A stretch of 64,000 nucleotides of DNA from Macrostomum hystrix (taxonomy: Eukaryota > Animalia > Platyhelminthes), in the NCBI GenBank assembly GCA_950097015.1, contig CATNEN010000001.1:23436001-23500000 (forward strand), in the 5' to 3' direction. Under the pieces are notes generated by a model, which saw only the letters and a list, made by a program, of their open reading frames with translations, did no database searches and was not told where the DNA came from. The position numbers and the translations under genes are program-made. Below are positions 51,964 through 64,000 of this stretch, piece by piece. Each line of letters begins with the position of its first letter. Positions within the stretch are counted from its first letter, which is position 1.

Positions 51964-52390
51964 CTCATCAATGCATCGGTCATTACCTTGCAACTGTTCA
52001 CAGCTCATCAATGCATCGGTCATTACCCTGCAACTGTTCACAGCTCATCAATGCATCGGTCATTACCCTGCAACTGTTCACAGCTCATCAATGCATCGGT
52101 CATTACCCTGCAACTGTTCACAGCTCATCAATGCATCGGTCATTACCCTGCAACTGTTTACAGCGCATCAATGCATCGGTCATTACCCTGCAACTGTTCA
52201 CAGCTCATCAATGCATCGGTCATTACCCTGCAACTGTTCACAGCTCATCAATGCATCGGTCATTACCCTGCAACTGTTCACAGCTCATCAATGCATCGGT
52301 CATTACCCTGCAACTGTTCACAGCTCATCAATGCATCGGTCATTACCCTGCAACTGTTCACAGCTCATCAATGCATCGGTCATTACCCTA
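51964..52390. repeat. Minisatellite, 40-bp unit (CATCAATGCATCGGTCATTACCCTGCAACTGTTCACAGCT), about 10.5 copies
   Basis: Near-perfect tandem copies. Confidence 0.97.
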
Positions 52391-53554
52391 CAACAGTTTA
52401 GGCTAAGGGGAAAAAGGAGTTTCTGACGCAAAGCATTTTGCTAATTTACTTCCCAGGTAACAAGCCAGCCTGTCTGTCCCAGTCCTTCTTCCACGACACT
52501 GATTGTTGAAGTCTTCAAGGTCCACGTGGCCCCACTACCCCTAACCCTGTCACAAGTGCATTTCGGCGTTTTAAGAGGCCCAGGGCAACAGGCACGCAAC
52601 GCTGGAAGCTAACTGCTTCGCTGAAGAAACAAAGAAAGCCTAAAAAAGGAAGAAAGTGTTTTGCCTGATCATCTGGCATTCTTCCTGGAATCATCAATCT
52701 CTGTTGCGCTCTCGTTGTCCTGTTGGCTTCGATTCTTTCCAAACATGTGCAGAAGGCTTCAGTCTAGCGAAACCGTTTTGAAAGTTCCCAGGCAAAGTAA
52801 ATTTCCTTGTCGCGACATTTTGCTCCTAACCCTACAAGACAGGCCAAGGAATCGTTCTCCCTGCTATCAGCTGACACGGAAGACAACTAAATCGGAAGTC
52901 GCTTTGACTGGCGGACTAAATCATGGTTAATTATAATTCGCAATAAAATCACCGATGCTCATTTCTGGCGGAATAATTGATAGTCGGAAACAGATGCAAG
53001 ACCTCTGTAGTCCCTTGGCGCTGCTGCGACCGCGACCAAAATTATCCCATCCTTCTCCGAGGATGACTTAATCAATTTTCAAATAGAGGATTCGGCAGCG
53101 AAGGATTCAAAGTCGGAACCCCTGATTAGAGACCTTCTGTTGCTGCGGATTGCTTGAATCCTGGGCGAGACAGACAGGACTTGATCAACTGATGAGCACG
53201 GAGGTTACTCTCTGCCTTTAACCCTCTGCCTTTCCGTCATTAGAAACTGGCTGAGGGCGAATTAGTTGTCATGGCAACCATGAGCTTGCTTAGAAAGCCG
53301 CTAGACACGAGCAGCTAGTTGATTATCTATTTCTAGACTCTGCACGACTGTCCGGGTTATCACCTTGATGCAGATGCTAGTAAATCTTACTTTTATATTC
53401 ATCAAGCAGGCTCTAAACTCGAAGTTCTGGTACACTCGCAGTTTCGATTTCTTAGATGAAATCCCATTTTTAATTAAGGCTCAGTGCTAATCATTTTTCA
53501 GTCCTGTAAGTCTATTTTCGACGTCTAACATACTCGTAAAATAGTTTTTTTACA

Positions 53555-56187
53555 CATGTGACAGTCTATTTCTCATGTCTCATGTGACACACAGTGTCTT
53601 TCTCATGTCTCATGTGACACACAGTGTCTTTCTCATGTCTCACGTGACACACAGTGTCTTTCTCAGGTCTCATGTGACACACAGTATCTTTCTCAGGTCT
53701 CATGTGACACACAGTGTCTTTCTCAGGTCTCATGTGACACACAGTGTCTTTCTCAGGTCTCATGTGACACACAGTGTCTTTCTCAGGTCTCATGTGACAC
53801 ACAGTCTCTTTCTCATGTCTCATGTGACACACAGTCTCTTTCTCAGGTCTCATGTGACACACAGTGTCTTTCTCAGGTCTCATGTGACACACAGTGTCTT
53901 TCTCAGGTCTCATGTGACACACAGTGTCTTTCTCAGGTCTCATGTGACACACAGTCTCTTTCTCATGTCTCATGTCACACAGTCTCTTTCTCAGGTCTCA
54001 TGTGACACACAGTCTCTTTCTCAGGTCTCATGTGACACACAGTGTCTTTCTCAGGTCTCATGTGGCACACAGTCTCTTTCTCATGTCTCATGTGACACAC
54101 AGTGTCTTTCTCAGGTCTCATGTGACACACAGTGTCTTTCTCAGGTCTCATGTGACACACAGTCTCTTTCTCATGTCTCATGTGACACACAGTCTCTTTC
54201 TCAGGTCTCATGTGACACACAGTGTCTTTCTCAGGTCTCATGTGACACACAGTGTCTTTCTCAGGTCTCATGTGACACACAGTGTCTTTCTCAGGTCTCA
54301 TGTGACACACAGTCTCTTTCTCATGTCTCATGTGACACAGTCTCTTTCTCAGGTCTCATGTGACACACAGTCTCTTTCTCAGGTCTCATGTGACACACAG
54401 TGTCTTTCTCAGGTCTCATGTGGCACACAGTCTCTTTCTCATGTCTCATGTGACACACAGTGTCTTTCTCAGGTCTCATGTGACACACAGTGTCTTTCTC
54501 AGGTCTCATGTGACACACTGTGTCTTTCTCAGGTCTCATGTGACACAGTCTCTTTCTCAGGTCTCATGTGACACACAGTGTCTTTCTCATGTCTCATGTG
54601 ACACACAGTGTCTTTCTCAGGTCTCATGTGACACACAGTCTCTTTCTCAGGTCTCATGTGACACAGTCTCTTTCTCAGGTCTCATGTGACACAGTCTCTT
54701 TCTCATGTCTCATGTGACACAGTGTCTTTCTCAGGTCTCATGTGACACACTGTGTCTTTCTCAGGTCTCATGTGACACAGTGTCTTTCTCAGGTCTCATG
54801 TGACACACAGTCTCTTTCTCATGTCTCATGTGACACAGTCTCTTTCTCAGGTCTCATGTGACACACAGTCTCTTTCTCAGGTCTCATGTGACACACAGTG
54901 TCTTTCTCAGGTCTCATGTGGCACACAGTCTCTTTCTCATGTCTCATGTGACACACAGTCTCTTTCTCATGTCTCATGTGACACACAGTCTCTTTCTCAG
55001 GTCTCACGTGACACACAGTGTCTTTCTCAGGTCTCATGTGACACACAGTGTCTTTCTCATGTCTCATGTGACACACAGTCTCTTTCTCATGTCTCATGTG
55101 ACACACAGCGTCTTTCTCATGTCTCATGTGACACACAGTCTCTTTCTCAGGTCTCATGTGACACACAGTGTCTTTCTCATGTCTCATGTGACACACAGCG
55201 TCTTTCTCATGTCTCATGTGACACACAGTTTCTTTCTCATGTCTCATGTGACACACAGTGTCTTTCTCATGTCTCATGTGACACACAGCGTCTTTCTCAT
55301 GTCTCATGTGACACACAGCGTCTTTCTCATGTCTCATGTGACACACAGTGTCTTTCTCATGTCTCATCTGACACACAGTTTCTTTCTCATGTCTCATGTG
55401 ACACACAGTTTCTTTCTCATGTCTCATGTGACACACAGTGTATTTCTCATGTCTCATGTGACACACAGTCTCTTTCTCATGTCTCATGTGCACACAGTCT
55501 CTTTCTCATGTCTCATGTGACACACAGTCTCTTTCTCAGGTCTCATGTGACACACAGCGTCTTTCTCATGTCTCATGTGACACACAGTTTCTTTCTCAGG
55601 TCTCATGTGACACACAGTGTCTTTCTCAGGTCTCATGTGACACAGTTTCTTTCTCAGGTCTCATGTGACACACAGTGTCTTTCTCATGTCTCATGTGACA
55701 CACAGCGTCTTTCTCATGTCTCATGTGACACACAGCGTCTTTCTCAGGTCTCATGTGACACACAGTTTCTTTCTCAGGTCTCATGTGACACACAGTGTCT
55801 TTCTCATGTCTCATGTGACACACAGTGTATTTCTCATGTCTCATGTGACACACAGTGTATTTCTCATGTCTCATGTGACACACAGTTTCTTTCTCATGTC
55901 TCATATGACACACAGTCTCTTTCTCATGTCTCATGTGACACACAGTCTCTTTCTCAGGTCTCATGTGACACACAGTCTCTTTCTCATGTCTCATATGACA
56001 CACAGTCTCTTTCTCATGTCTCATGTGACACACAGTCTCTTTCTCAGGTCTCATGTGACACACAGTGTCTTTCTCAGGTCTCATGTGACACACAGTGTCT
56101 TTCTCAGGTCTCATGTGACACACAGTGTCTTTCTCAGGTCTCATGTGACACACAGTGTCTTTCTCATGTCTCATGTGACACACAGTC
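53555..56187. repeat. Minisatellite, 30/28-bp unit (TCTCA(G/T)GTCTCATGTGACACACAGT(G/C)TCTT)
   Basis: About 89 units. Confidence 0.98.
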
Positions 56188-57809
56188 TTATGCTAAGTAT
56201 TGATTTCGCTAAATGCCAACATTTCTTTCAAAATGAAATGAATTGTGATCATAAAATAGCAGCTGCTGATTCTCATTGCTTAAATCGTTCATTTGTCAAG
56301 CATCTTACTGGTACCTTATAATTATCTGCCTAGTTAACTCTATTGAGAGCTGTGATAATTACCAAGTCAACTGTGAGAAATCATGCATTTTCTGCTTCTA
56401 TTATTGACATTGTACAGAAAGCACTAAGCATGAGTCAGTCTTGACCAGGTGCTGAGGGTGCAATTTTTACAAATACCGGCTATTTAAGATTATATTAAAA
56501 TGGCGTGACAAGGTCGGTCTGTCAGTCAGACAGTCAGGCAGTTTAGTTTATAGATCAACTTGCGTGACGTCAATTAAGCCAGATGATTAAAAATAGTTGT
56601 CTGTTTAATATTCTTTTCTATTTATTAATGCGACTGCGTGTTCACCATTCTGTCATTTCCTTTTGAGCTGCCTAGATAATCCGCAAGACGCAGACTTTCG
56701 TGTCCTTGACATTCGCTGTAGTGACTCAGCATTTTTATTCAGTCCTTGCTGAAACAACGGCTAACAAAGTTGGCCAAAGGCACTGTTGCTGCCATTGCGC
56801 GGCGTTTAAAAAGGCTGCGTACAACTGTACACACATTTTACTAATGATGCTGTAAAGATCTAAACAAGCAAGTTACAGACTTGGTTGCTGGTATCACTAA
56901 TAAAGTTCAGAAACTCGAATGAAGAATAACTCGATATTGACTGCTGGAGTTTGGATGGGACTTTTCATTTGGGAGATTCTGCACGATAGATTTGATAAAT
57001 AAAACTCTTGGGGTAAGGAGATGAGTCGACCCCACCCACCCCAGCCTTCAATCTCCTGTCCTCTTCCCAAATTCTTAAATTGCATTCTTCCCCTAAAAGA
57101 AACTGGAGTTTCCTATTTCGCGGAAGTTGGCCAGAGAATAATGGGATCTTATTTGGTGGGGATTAATCCCGCTAGTTTCGGATATTTAATATACTGAGCG
57201 CAGCGGGACTCGAGAAAATCGTCGGATCGTTAATCACTTCCCAAGCAAAGAATGCTCACGCCTCAATTCTTACTCATCGCTAAAGATTGGGTGACGCCGC
57301 AGTTAAGGCTGGCGGGTTCTGGGAGATAGAGACTCAGGAAGCGGCTATTCAGTGAACTGCTCGCACTGCAGGAAGCGAAAGATGGAAGAAGGCCAGTGCC
57401 CAGACTTTTATAGGGGCCTAATAAAGCTGCCATTTGGGCATTCATGCCTCGTGCGCGAAGACACCACGCGGAGTCATAAACTTTATGCTTTCCGACCAGC
57501 CAACCCAGTTCGTACACACACTGCTGCTGCTGCTGCTGCTGCTGCTTTTGCTGTGTGTTCCTTGGTCATTAAATTCCTGTTTCATTTAGTTTATGCACTG
57601 CGATGGTTCCGTTGTGGGCCTGTTGTTGGCAGTGCATTATTCTGCTACAGCTATGTTAGCTTTTTTGTGAAAGGAAGCCAAATGTTTAGTAGAGCATTTT
57701 AATTACAATGTTTTAGTTGGCTAATTGTCTGCAGTGATGTCACAATATTGACTTTACCCACATATTGTAGTAAGTCAAATCGTCTTTCGTCTAGAAATGA
57801 TACCCTAAC

Positions 57810-57935
57810 CCAGCTAGGCCAGATGTTCAGCCCCGACTGTCTGTCTAGTCACCCCAGTCAGCGCTGGCACCAATTTCACAGCTGGTAGAACTGAAGCAAT
57901 GCGGAGTTATGTCTTTCATAGGGACACAAATGACT
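57810..57935 (-). mobile_element. Degenerate CORE-type SINE B-related fragment
   Basis: Minus strand TGTGTCCCTATGAAAGACATAACTCCGCATTGCTTCAG...ACATCTGGCC resembles 36525-36725. Confidence 0.5.
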
Positions 57936-58008
57936 AGCTTTTTATTGAGATAGGTAAGATACGAACTTCAGACCTCTCACGTGGAATCTGAACGGTCTGG
58001 ATCTAATA

Positions 58009-58126
58009 GCTACAGCAGCAGCAGCAGAAGAAGCAGCAGCAGCAGCAGCAGCAGAAGCAGCAGCAGCAGAAGAAGAAGAAGAAGCAGCAGTAGTAGCAGC
58101 AGCAGCAGCAGCAGAAGAAGAAGAAG

Positions 58127-58169
<43 letters not shown>

Positions 58170-58273
58170 AGAAGAAGAAGCAGCAGCAGCAGCAGCAGCA
58201 GAAGCAGCAGCAGCAGAAGAAGAAGAAGAAGCAGCAGTAGTAGCAGCAGCAGCAGCAGCAGAAGAAGAAGAAG

Positions 58274-58315
<42 letters not shown>

Positions 58316-58397
58316 CAGCAGCAGAAGAAGAAGAAGAAGCAGCAGTAGTAGCAGCAGCAGCAGCAGCAGTAGTAGCAGCAGCAGAAGAAGAAGAAGA

Positions 58398-58430
<33 letters not shown>

Positions 58431-58442
58431 GGCAGCAGCAGT
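58009..58442. repeat. Compound (GCA)n/(GAA)n/(GTA)n trinucleotide repeat
   Basis: Directly visible. Confidence 0.95.
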
Positions 58443-58771
58443 GGCAGTGTTGAATCTATTATCCGCGAAAATAATGATTAGTTCCTCTCTCTCATTCCGA
58501 TCTATTTCCAAGGCTCCTCTCTGCCTTGGGGCAGGCGTTCCTGGAATCCTCTAAATTATTATAAAGTCTGCAGTGTCTTACTTTTTCTCTTGTGCTGCTT
58601 CGCATTATTTTAATTTCGCTGCTCGGTCTATTTTTCAAATTCATTTAGCTCCGGCTCCACTGTCATAGCTGATGCGAAAGGGCACTTCTGAAATTGGCTC
58701 AGACACCAAGGGAAGTCCATTTGGTTCCACAAATCCTGACTTGCACTTATAGACGTGATTTCAAGGCCAAA

Positions 58772-58870
58772 GTTGCGGAGAGAAGGCTTGGTGGCTTGTG
58801 ACACTGCCTGATAATGAGAAGTCAGAGCAGATGCACGAGCGTACACACCTGTGTGAGTGTGTGCCTGCGT
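58772..58870 (+). mobile_element. SINE family A, degenerate internal fragment
   Basis: GCGGAGAGAAGGCTTGG..GCTTGT...ATGAGAAGTCAG.GCAGATG...GTACACACCTGTGTGAG.GTGTGCCTGCGT. Confidence 0.65.
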
Positions 58871-59957
58871 GTCTACTTGTCTACCACAATCTCGCAATCT
58901 AGACAATCACGCTGCTGATTGTCTACCACCAAATTCTTAAGCTTTCCGCTGCTTAAGGCCTCCTTAATACGCAGCTCATGAGCTGACAGAGAACTTTCCA
59001 ACAGTGCTGGCCCCACCTTAAGAGTCAAAGCGAAGGCAGGGAAGGGCTTCATTCTCAATGGCATGCCAGCGCCGGCTACCTGCATGTAAAGAACAAAAAA
59101 AATCTTTGACAAAATAAGCTCAAAAAATATTTCTTCCGTCTAGGAGAGGGATCAGAGCTGACTGTATGGCATTGTTTCTGGGGATTTTTTAAAGGGAAGT
59201 TTTTGTTTGAAACAGTCTCCCAACAATGTCACCCAACTGACTCACTCCGCTGAGTGGGAAAAATCGGCTTTGAGCGCACTAAAGCTAAACTTTTACTACT
59301 TGATCTTCTTCAACCAGCAGCGAAGACTCCTCAACTGTAGCTTTTTCCCAGTGGGTTTCTCAGCGGACACAATGGATGTTTCATGGGGCATCGTTTTAGC
59401 CGTAGTTTTTTTTCGTTTTTTTCATTGTTGCTAAAAAATTATCTATGAAATAAATTTGATTACTTTACTCTGTTTCAATTTCAAAAGCGATCGAAATGCT
59501 TTGTCTACTTGTTCTTAGCATGCGATTGTCACACAATTTCATACAGAAATAAATTGCAAGTTGTTTGCAAATTGTATTTACTAGTGATAACATATTTGAT
59601 TGATCTCACCTGCAGGTTATAAACAGAAGGCACAAATAAATAAATAATTATTCACCGAAGCGTGAAAACTGAATCCTCACACTGAGCTTGTCAAAGAACC
59701 GATCTCCAATGCGAGCGTAGAAATCAGTAAAGGGAAAGATTTGCCTTTGGCACGAGGCTGCAATCTCACGAGAATGTGGGTGTGGTTTAACTGTGAGCTG
59801 AGCTGGTTGAGGTTCTGTGTAGATTTAATTTGAATCTCTGCTGTCTTTCATATGGAACTTGTGCTGTGCCTGAACCATGTATGCATAACTGATTGAATTA
59901 CTAGAGCGACACTTAAGGGCTTATAAAAGAAGGAGGAAGGAAGCGATATGTGAGAAT

Positions 59958-60209
59958 AGAGAGAGGAGAGGGGAGGGGAGGGGAGGGGAGGAGAGGAGAG
60001 GAGAGGAGAGGAGAGGAGAGGAGAGGAGAGGAGAGGAGAGGAGAGGAGAGGAGAGGAGAGGAGAGGAGAGGAGAGGAGAGGAGAGGAGAGGAGAGGAGAG
60101 GAGAGGAGAGGAGAGGAGAGGAGAGGAGAGGAGAGGAGAGGAGAGGAGAGGAGAGGAGAGGAGAGGAGAGGAGAGGAGAGGAGAGGAGAGGAGAGGAGAG
60201 GAGAGGAGA
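59958..60209. repeat. (GGAGA)n microsatellite
   Basis: Directly visible. Confidence 0.98.
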
Positions 60210-62311
60210 AAAGAGAAGAGAAAGGATTTGACAATAGTTATTCATTAGATTTTCTTCTCGGCTTTATCATTCCATGAACTGAAAACCGGTGGCCATATCA
60301 ACTCACTGTGAGCTCCTAATGCTGTGCAACAAATAAATAACAAAAAAGGTCAGAAACAGTTGAGTTTATCAACAACCGTTCAGCAGTTTTTTTGATCAAA
60401 GGCTCAATGCAGATAAAAAAAGATTTTAACACTGCCTGTAGTAGGCTTTCAGAGAACACTATTGGGAATCAGATATTGCATTACAGGAAAGGTTCTGTTT
60501 AGCTGGTGGATGATGGAAGCACCAAGCCCAAGAGAGATGGGACTTTTCTCCCAAACAGTGCATGTGTTGGGGTGTTATTTGGGATTTTGCGGGATTCCTC
60601 GATAAGTGCCTAATTAACGACTAGGGAGAAAGAAGGCTTGTCTTAATTTGCATAATCGCGTAGTTTGGCTCAAGCAGGAGGGGTCAGTGGAATAGTGCTT
60701 TCTAGGAAACACAGAGTCAGGCACACAAAGTCATTGCTGACAGACACATTTATCTTCTGGCTTGTTTCGTTTGGCAATGTAAACTTCGGAAGAATTTACG
60801 GGAGTGAAATTGTCTAGACAATTAAATCCAAATGCCATCTGATGAGATGAGATATGAACTTTTGCTTGTTAGTTTGCAGCAAAAGCTTGCTTTCAAATTC
60901 TCCAGCAATTTCTGATGTGACAACATTGACCGGACACATTCTTCCACTCTGACTTTTAACACTCAGCAAATGTTGGATTGTGGTATAGTCTAGCCAGCAA
61001 GTGGAGTCGATATAATGCAGATTCTACCATAGACAATTGACAGTCAGTGCAATAATGCTCCTGTCTATGTGCTACGTATAAACGCTGTATAAAGATGTCA
61101 ATGACTCAGACAGATTCGAAGTCAACTTTCTCTAAAAACTACCATAGACACTCGAATTCTCTTTTCAACAAGAGCTCAACGAAAGCTATACAAAACTTAT
61201 TAGTTTTTTCAGAATTCGAATGAATCAAATGGATATGCCATCTGGTTCGACTGCAACGCCAACTGATGACATCAAAGCGGATCCCGTAACAAGACTTGAT
61301 GTTCAATTTATAAAGCACATCATATTCAGTTTATAATATTATCTATTGGATAAAAAGAACCTATAGAAAGAGAAATCGAGATGATTTCAAAGTGAAATTT
61401 GAACCTCCTGGCCGAACGGAATCGGTGACGCAACGGGCCTTTCAAATATTATAGGAGTCGAGAGTGACGCAGTTAAAAGATCGATACGGTTTTCCCTTCA
61501 ATCTTCTTTTTTTTTTAAAAAGAAGTCGGCGGACATTGCCTGGGCGGGTTTTCTGTTAGTTATTTCTCTTTCCTAAATCACACGCAACATTTAAGAAGCC
61601 CGGGTGCAGGTTAAATCCTACAGGTAGGTCATGCGACTTCGGAGAGTATATCGCCGAAAGCTCGATTGAATTAGCCGATAAGCTCAACCTCCTCTGTTCT
61701 CTCCCCTCCACAATGCGATCCTCTCCTGACCCATTCAATTAGTTGACATGCAGATATCCGGCACGGCACGGAACAGCCTAAAATGGGAGAATTATAGGCG
61801 GGATCTGAGAGCGGTATTCACTATCCTCAGTTGAGTCATGGACCCGTGGACATAGAATCTGCTTACTAGCCGCCATGTATTCGGCCTGGGTTCTAGATTT
61901 AGGGCGCCATGGTTTAGTAAGGCCGGGTCCGCCTTATTAACGATAGTTTAGAAGCAGATCCTTAAAAAACGATAAGAACAATTGTCAAAGAATAAAAGAG
62001 AAACCGACATTTTGCAAGACAAAGACTTCTGTTATTATGCGCCTGGCGGGTGATTGATTTTTACAAGCCACCTGTCGAATTGTTTTTTTCTGTTTAGCGA
62101 ATTGATTGCGTCACTAATTAGCGAGAATGGGGCGATGAATACCTGGCATCCATACTAGCCTGTTTCATGTTAATTTTGACATTTAGCAAGCCTGAATCCC
62201 TAGGGAGAAAGGGGGCTTGTTGCATCTCGCTTCTTAACAGAAAAAATGCTAGGAAAAGCAATTGAAATTATTCGAATTCTAATTTAAGCTAGCAAAATGT
62301 TTTTGCAAATA

Positions 62312-63004
62312 CTGACAGAGTGACATTGTGACAGAGTGACATTGTGACAGAGTGACATTGTGACAGAGTGACATTGTGACAGAGTGACATTGTGACAGAG
62401 TGACATTGTGACAGAGTGACATTGTGACAGAGTGACATTGTGACAGAGTGACATTGTGACAGAGTGACATTGTGACAGAGTGACATTGTGACAGAGTGAC
62501 ATTGTGACAGAGTGACATTGTGACAGAGTGACATTGTGACAGAGTGACATTGTGACAGAGTGACATTGTGACAGAGTGACATTGTGACAGAGTGACATTG
62601 TGACAGAGTGACATTGTGACAGAGTGACATTGTGACAGAGTGACATTGTGACAGAGTGACATTGTGACAGAGTGACATTGTGACAGAGTGACATTGTGAC
62701 AGAGTGACATTGTGACAGAGTGACATTGTGACAGAGTGACATTGTGACAGAGTGACATTGTGACAGAGTGACATTGTGACAGAGTGACATTGTGACAGAG
62801 TGACATTGTGACAGAGTGACATTGTGACAGAGTGACATTGTGACAGAGTGACATTGTGACAGAGTGACATTGTGACAGAGTGACATTGTGACAGAGTGAC
62901 ATTGTGACAGAGTGACATTGTGACAGAGTGACATTGTGACAGAGTGACATTGTGACAGAGTGACATTGTGACAGAGTGACATTGTGACAGAGTGACATTG
63001 TGAC
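62312..63004. repeat. Perfect 16-bp minisatellite (GTGACAGAGTGACATT), about 43 copies
   Basis: No variants seen. Confidence 0.98.
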
Positions 63005-63335
63005 TGATTTTTCTGGGCCAAGTTCTGCTGAATAGCTTGTTTCGTTGGCAACTGTCTTCAATAATTACGCAATCAGCAAAAGAAAATAGCAACTTTGACC
63101 TCGGCAATAAAAGAAAACAATATTAAAAAACTGGAAATTCACGCGCTGAAAATCTGTTCGGAAAAGCCGCCATTTGATTGCATTGCGATGCTGTGTGGTC
63201 AAGTGGGTCATAAAAGACTGACCAGACAAAGTCTAACAGGGTGGGGCGTGACACTAAGTAATCGGCTCTTTGTCGAGAAGAGAAGTAGCAGGTCATTAGG
63301 GAGCAGTGATATTGGTAAGAATGACCGTTGCTTAG

Positions 63336-63708
<373 letters not shown>

Positions 63709-64000
63709 GGATGGAATATCAGTTCAGCAAAAATGATAAGCATGGACACTAGTAATAACAGACAGGCCGATACCCCATAGATACAGAGCGGAGTTGGGAT
63801 GCGGCTATTAAAATCTGCTTGACCCTCGCGGCATCGCAGTTGGTCACTGGCAAGGCTGGAGGTCACTAATCATGCGGGTCAGACTTCAAAATTTGCTTTG
63901 CCTTTGGCCATAAAATAGGGAAAAGTTTTTTTATGCACTAACGTCTTTGTTCGATTTGCATAGCTAGCCACGAAATTGCTTGTGGGCTTTTCTTGGAATT

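Noticed and set aside
53566-56321. Cys/His-rich zinc-finger-like repeat ORFs
   Set aside because: 30-bp satellite with frequent 2-bp indels that shift frame
57942-58511. Poly-A/S and poly-S/R ORFs; a 147-bp block duplication
   Set aside because: Trinucleotide repeat without splice or coding context; a single 147-bp spacing is too weak to link to nucleosomes

Overview
Eukaryotic (animal) genomic DNA. GT-AG introns, GC-rich exons with CAG/GCA tracts and about 40% minisatellite/microsatellite content suggest a flatworm such as Macrostomum (inference from sequence style only). Four protein-coding loci are supported. (1) The 3' part of a WNK-like kinase gene on + (exons 772-1107, 1775-2116, 3054-3870, 4756-5084), with a CCT/PF2-like domain, a Q/P-rich region and a GRFAVT RFxV motif; the kinase domain would lie upstream of the window. 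(2) A single-exon small secreted Cys-rich protein (9739-10185, +). (3) A 1.7-kb terminal exon of an unknown protein on - (12306-10577). (4) A 7-EC delta-like protocadherin on -, with a large exon at 49071-46318 spliced in phase 0 to a cytoplasmic exon at 30312-29899 that carries DSGRG, WIRS-like and PDZ-ligand motifs. The rest consists of about 25 different tandem arrays, two tRNA-derived SINE families (one CORE-type), a non-autonomous DNA-element family and a 58-bp perfect hairpin. Nearly all long repeat-derived ORFs in the track are artefacts. The most unusual non-genic signal is that adjacent, unrelated minisatellites (22-, 35- and 27-bp monomers) share higher-order periods of 198, 595 and 594 bp (1x or 3x about 198 bp).
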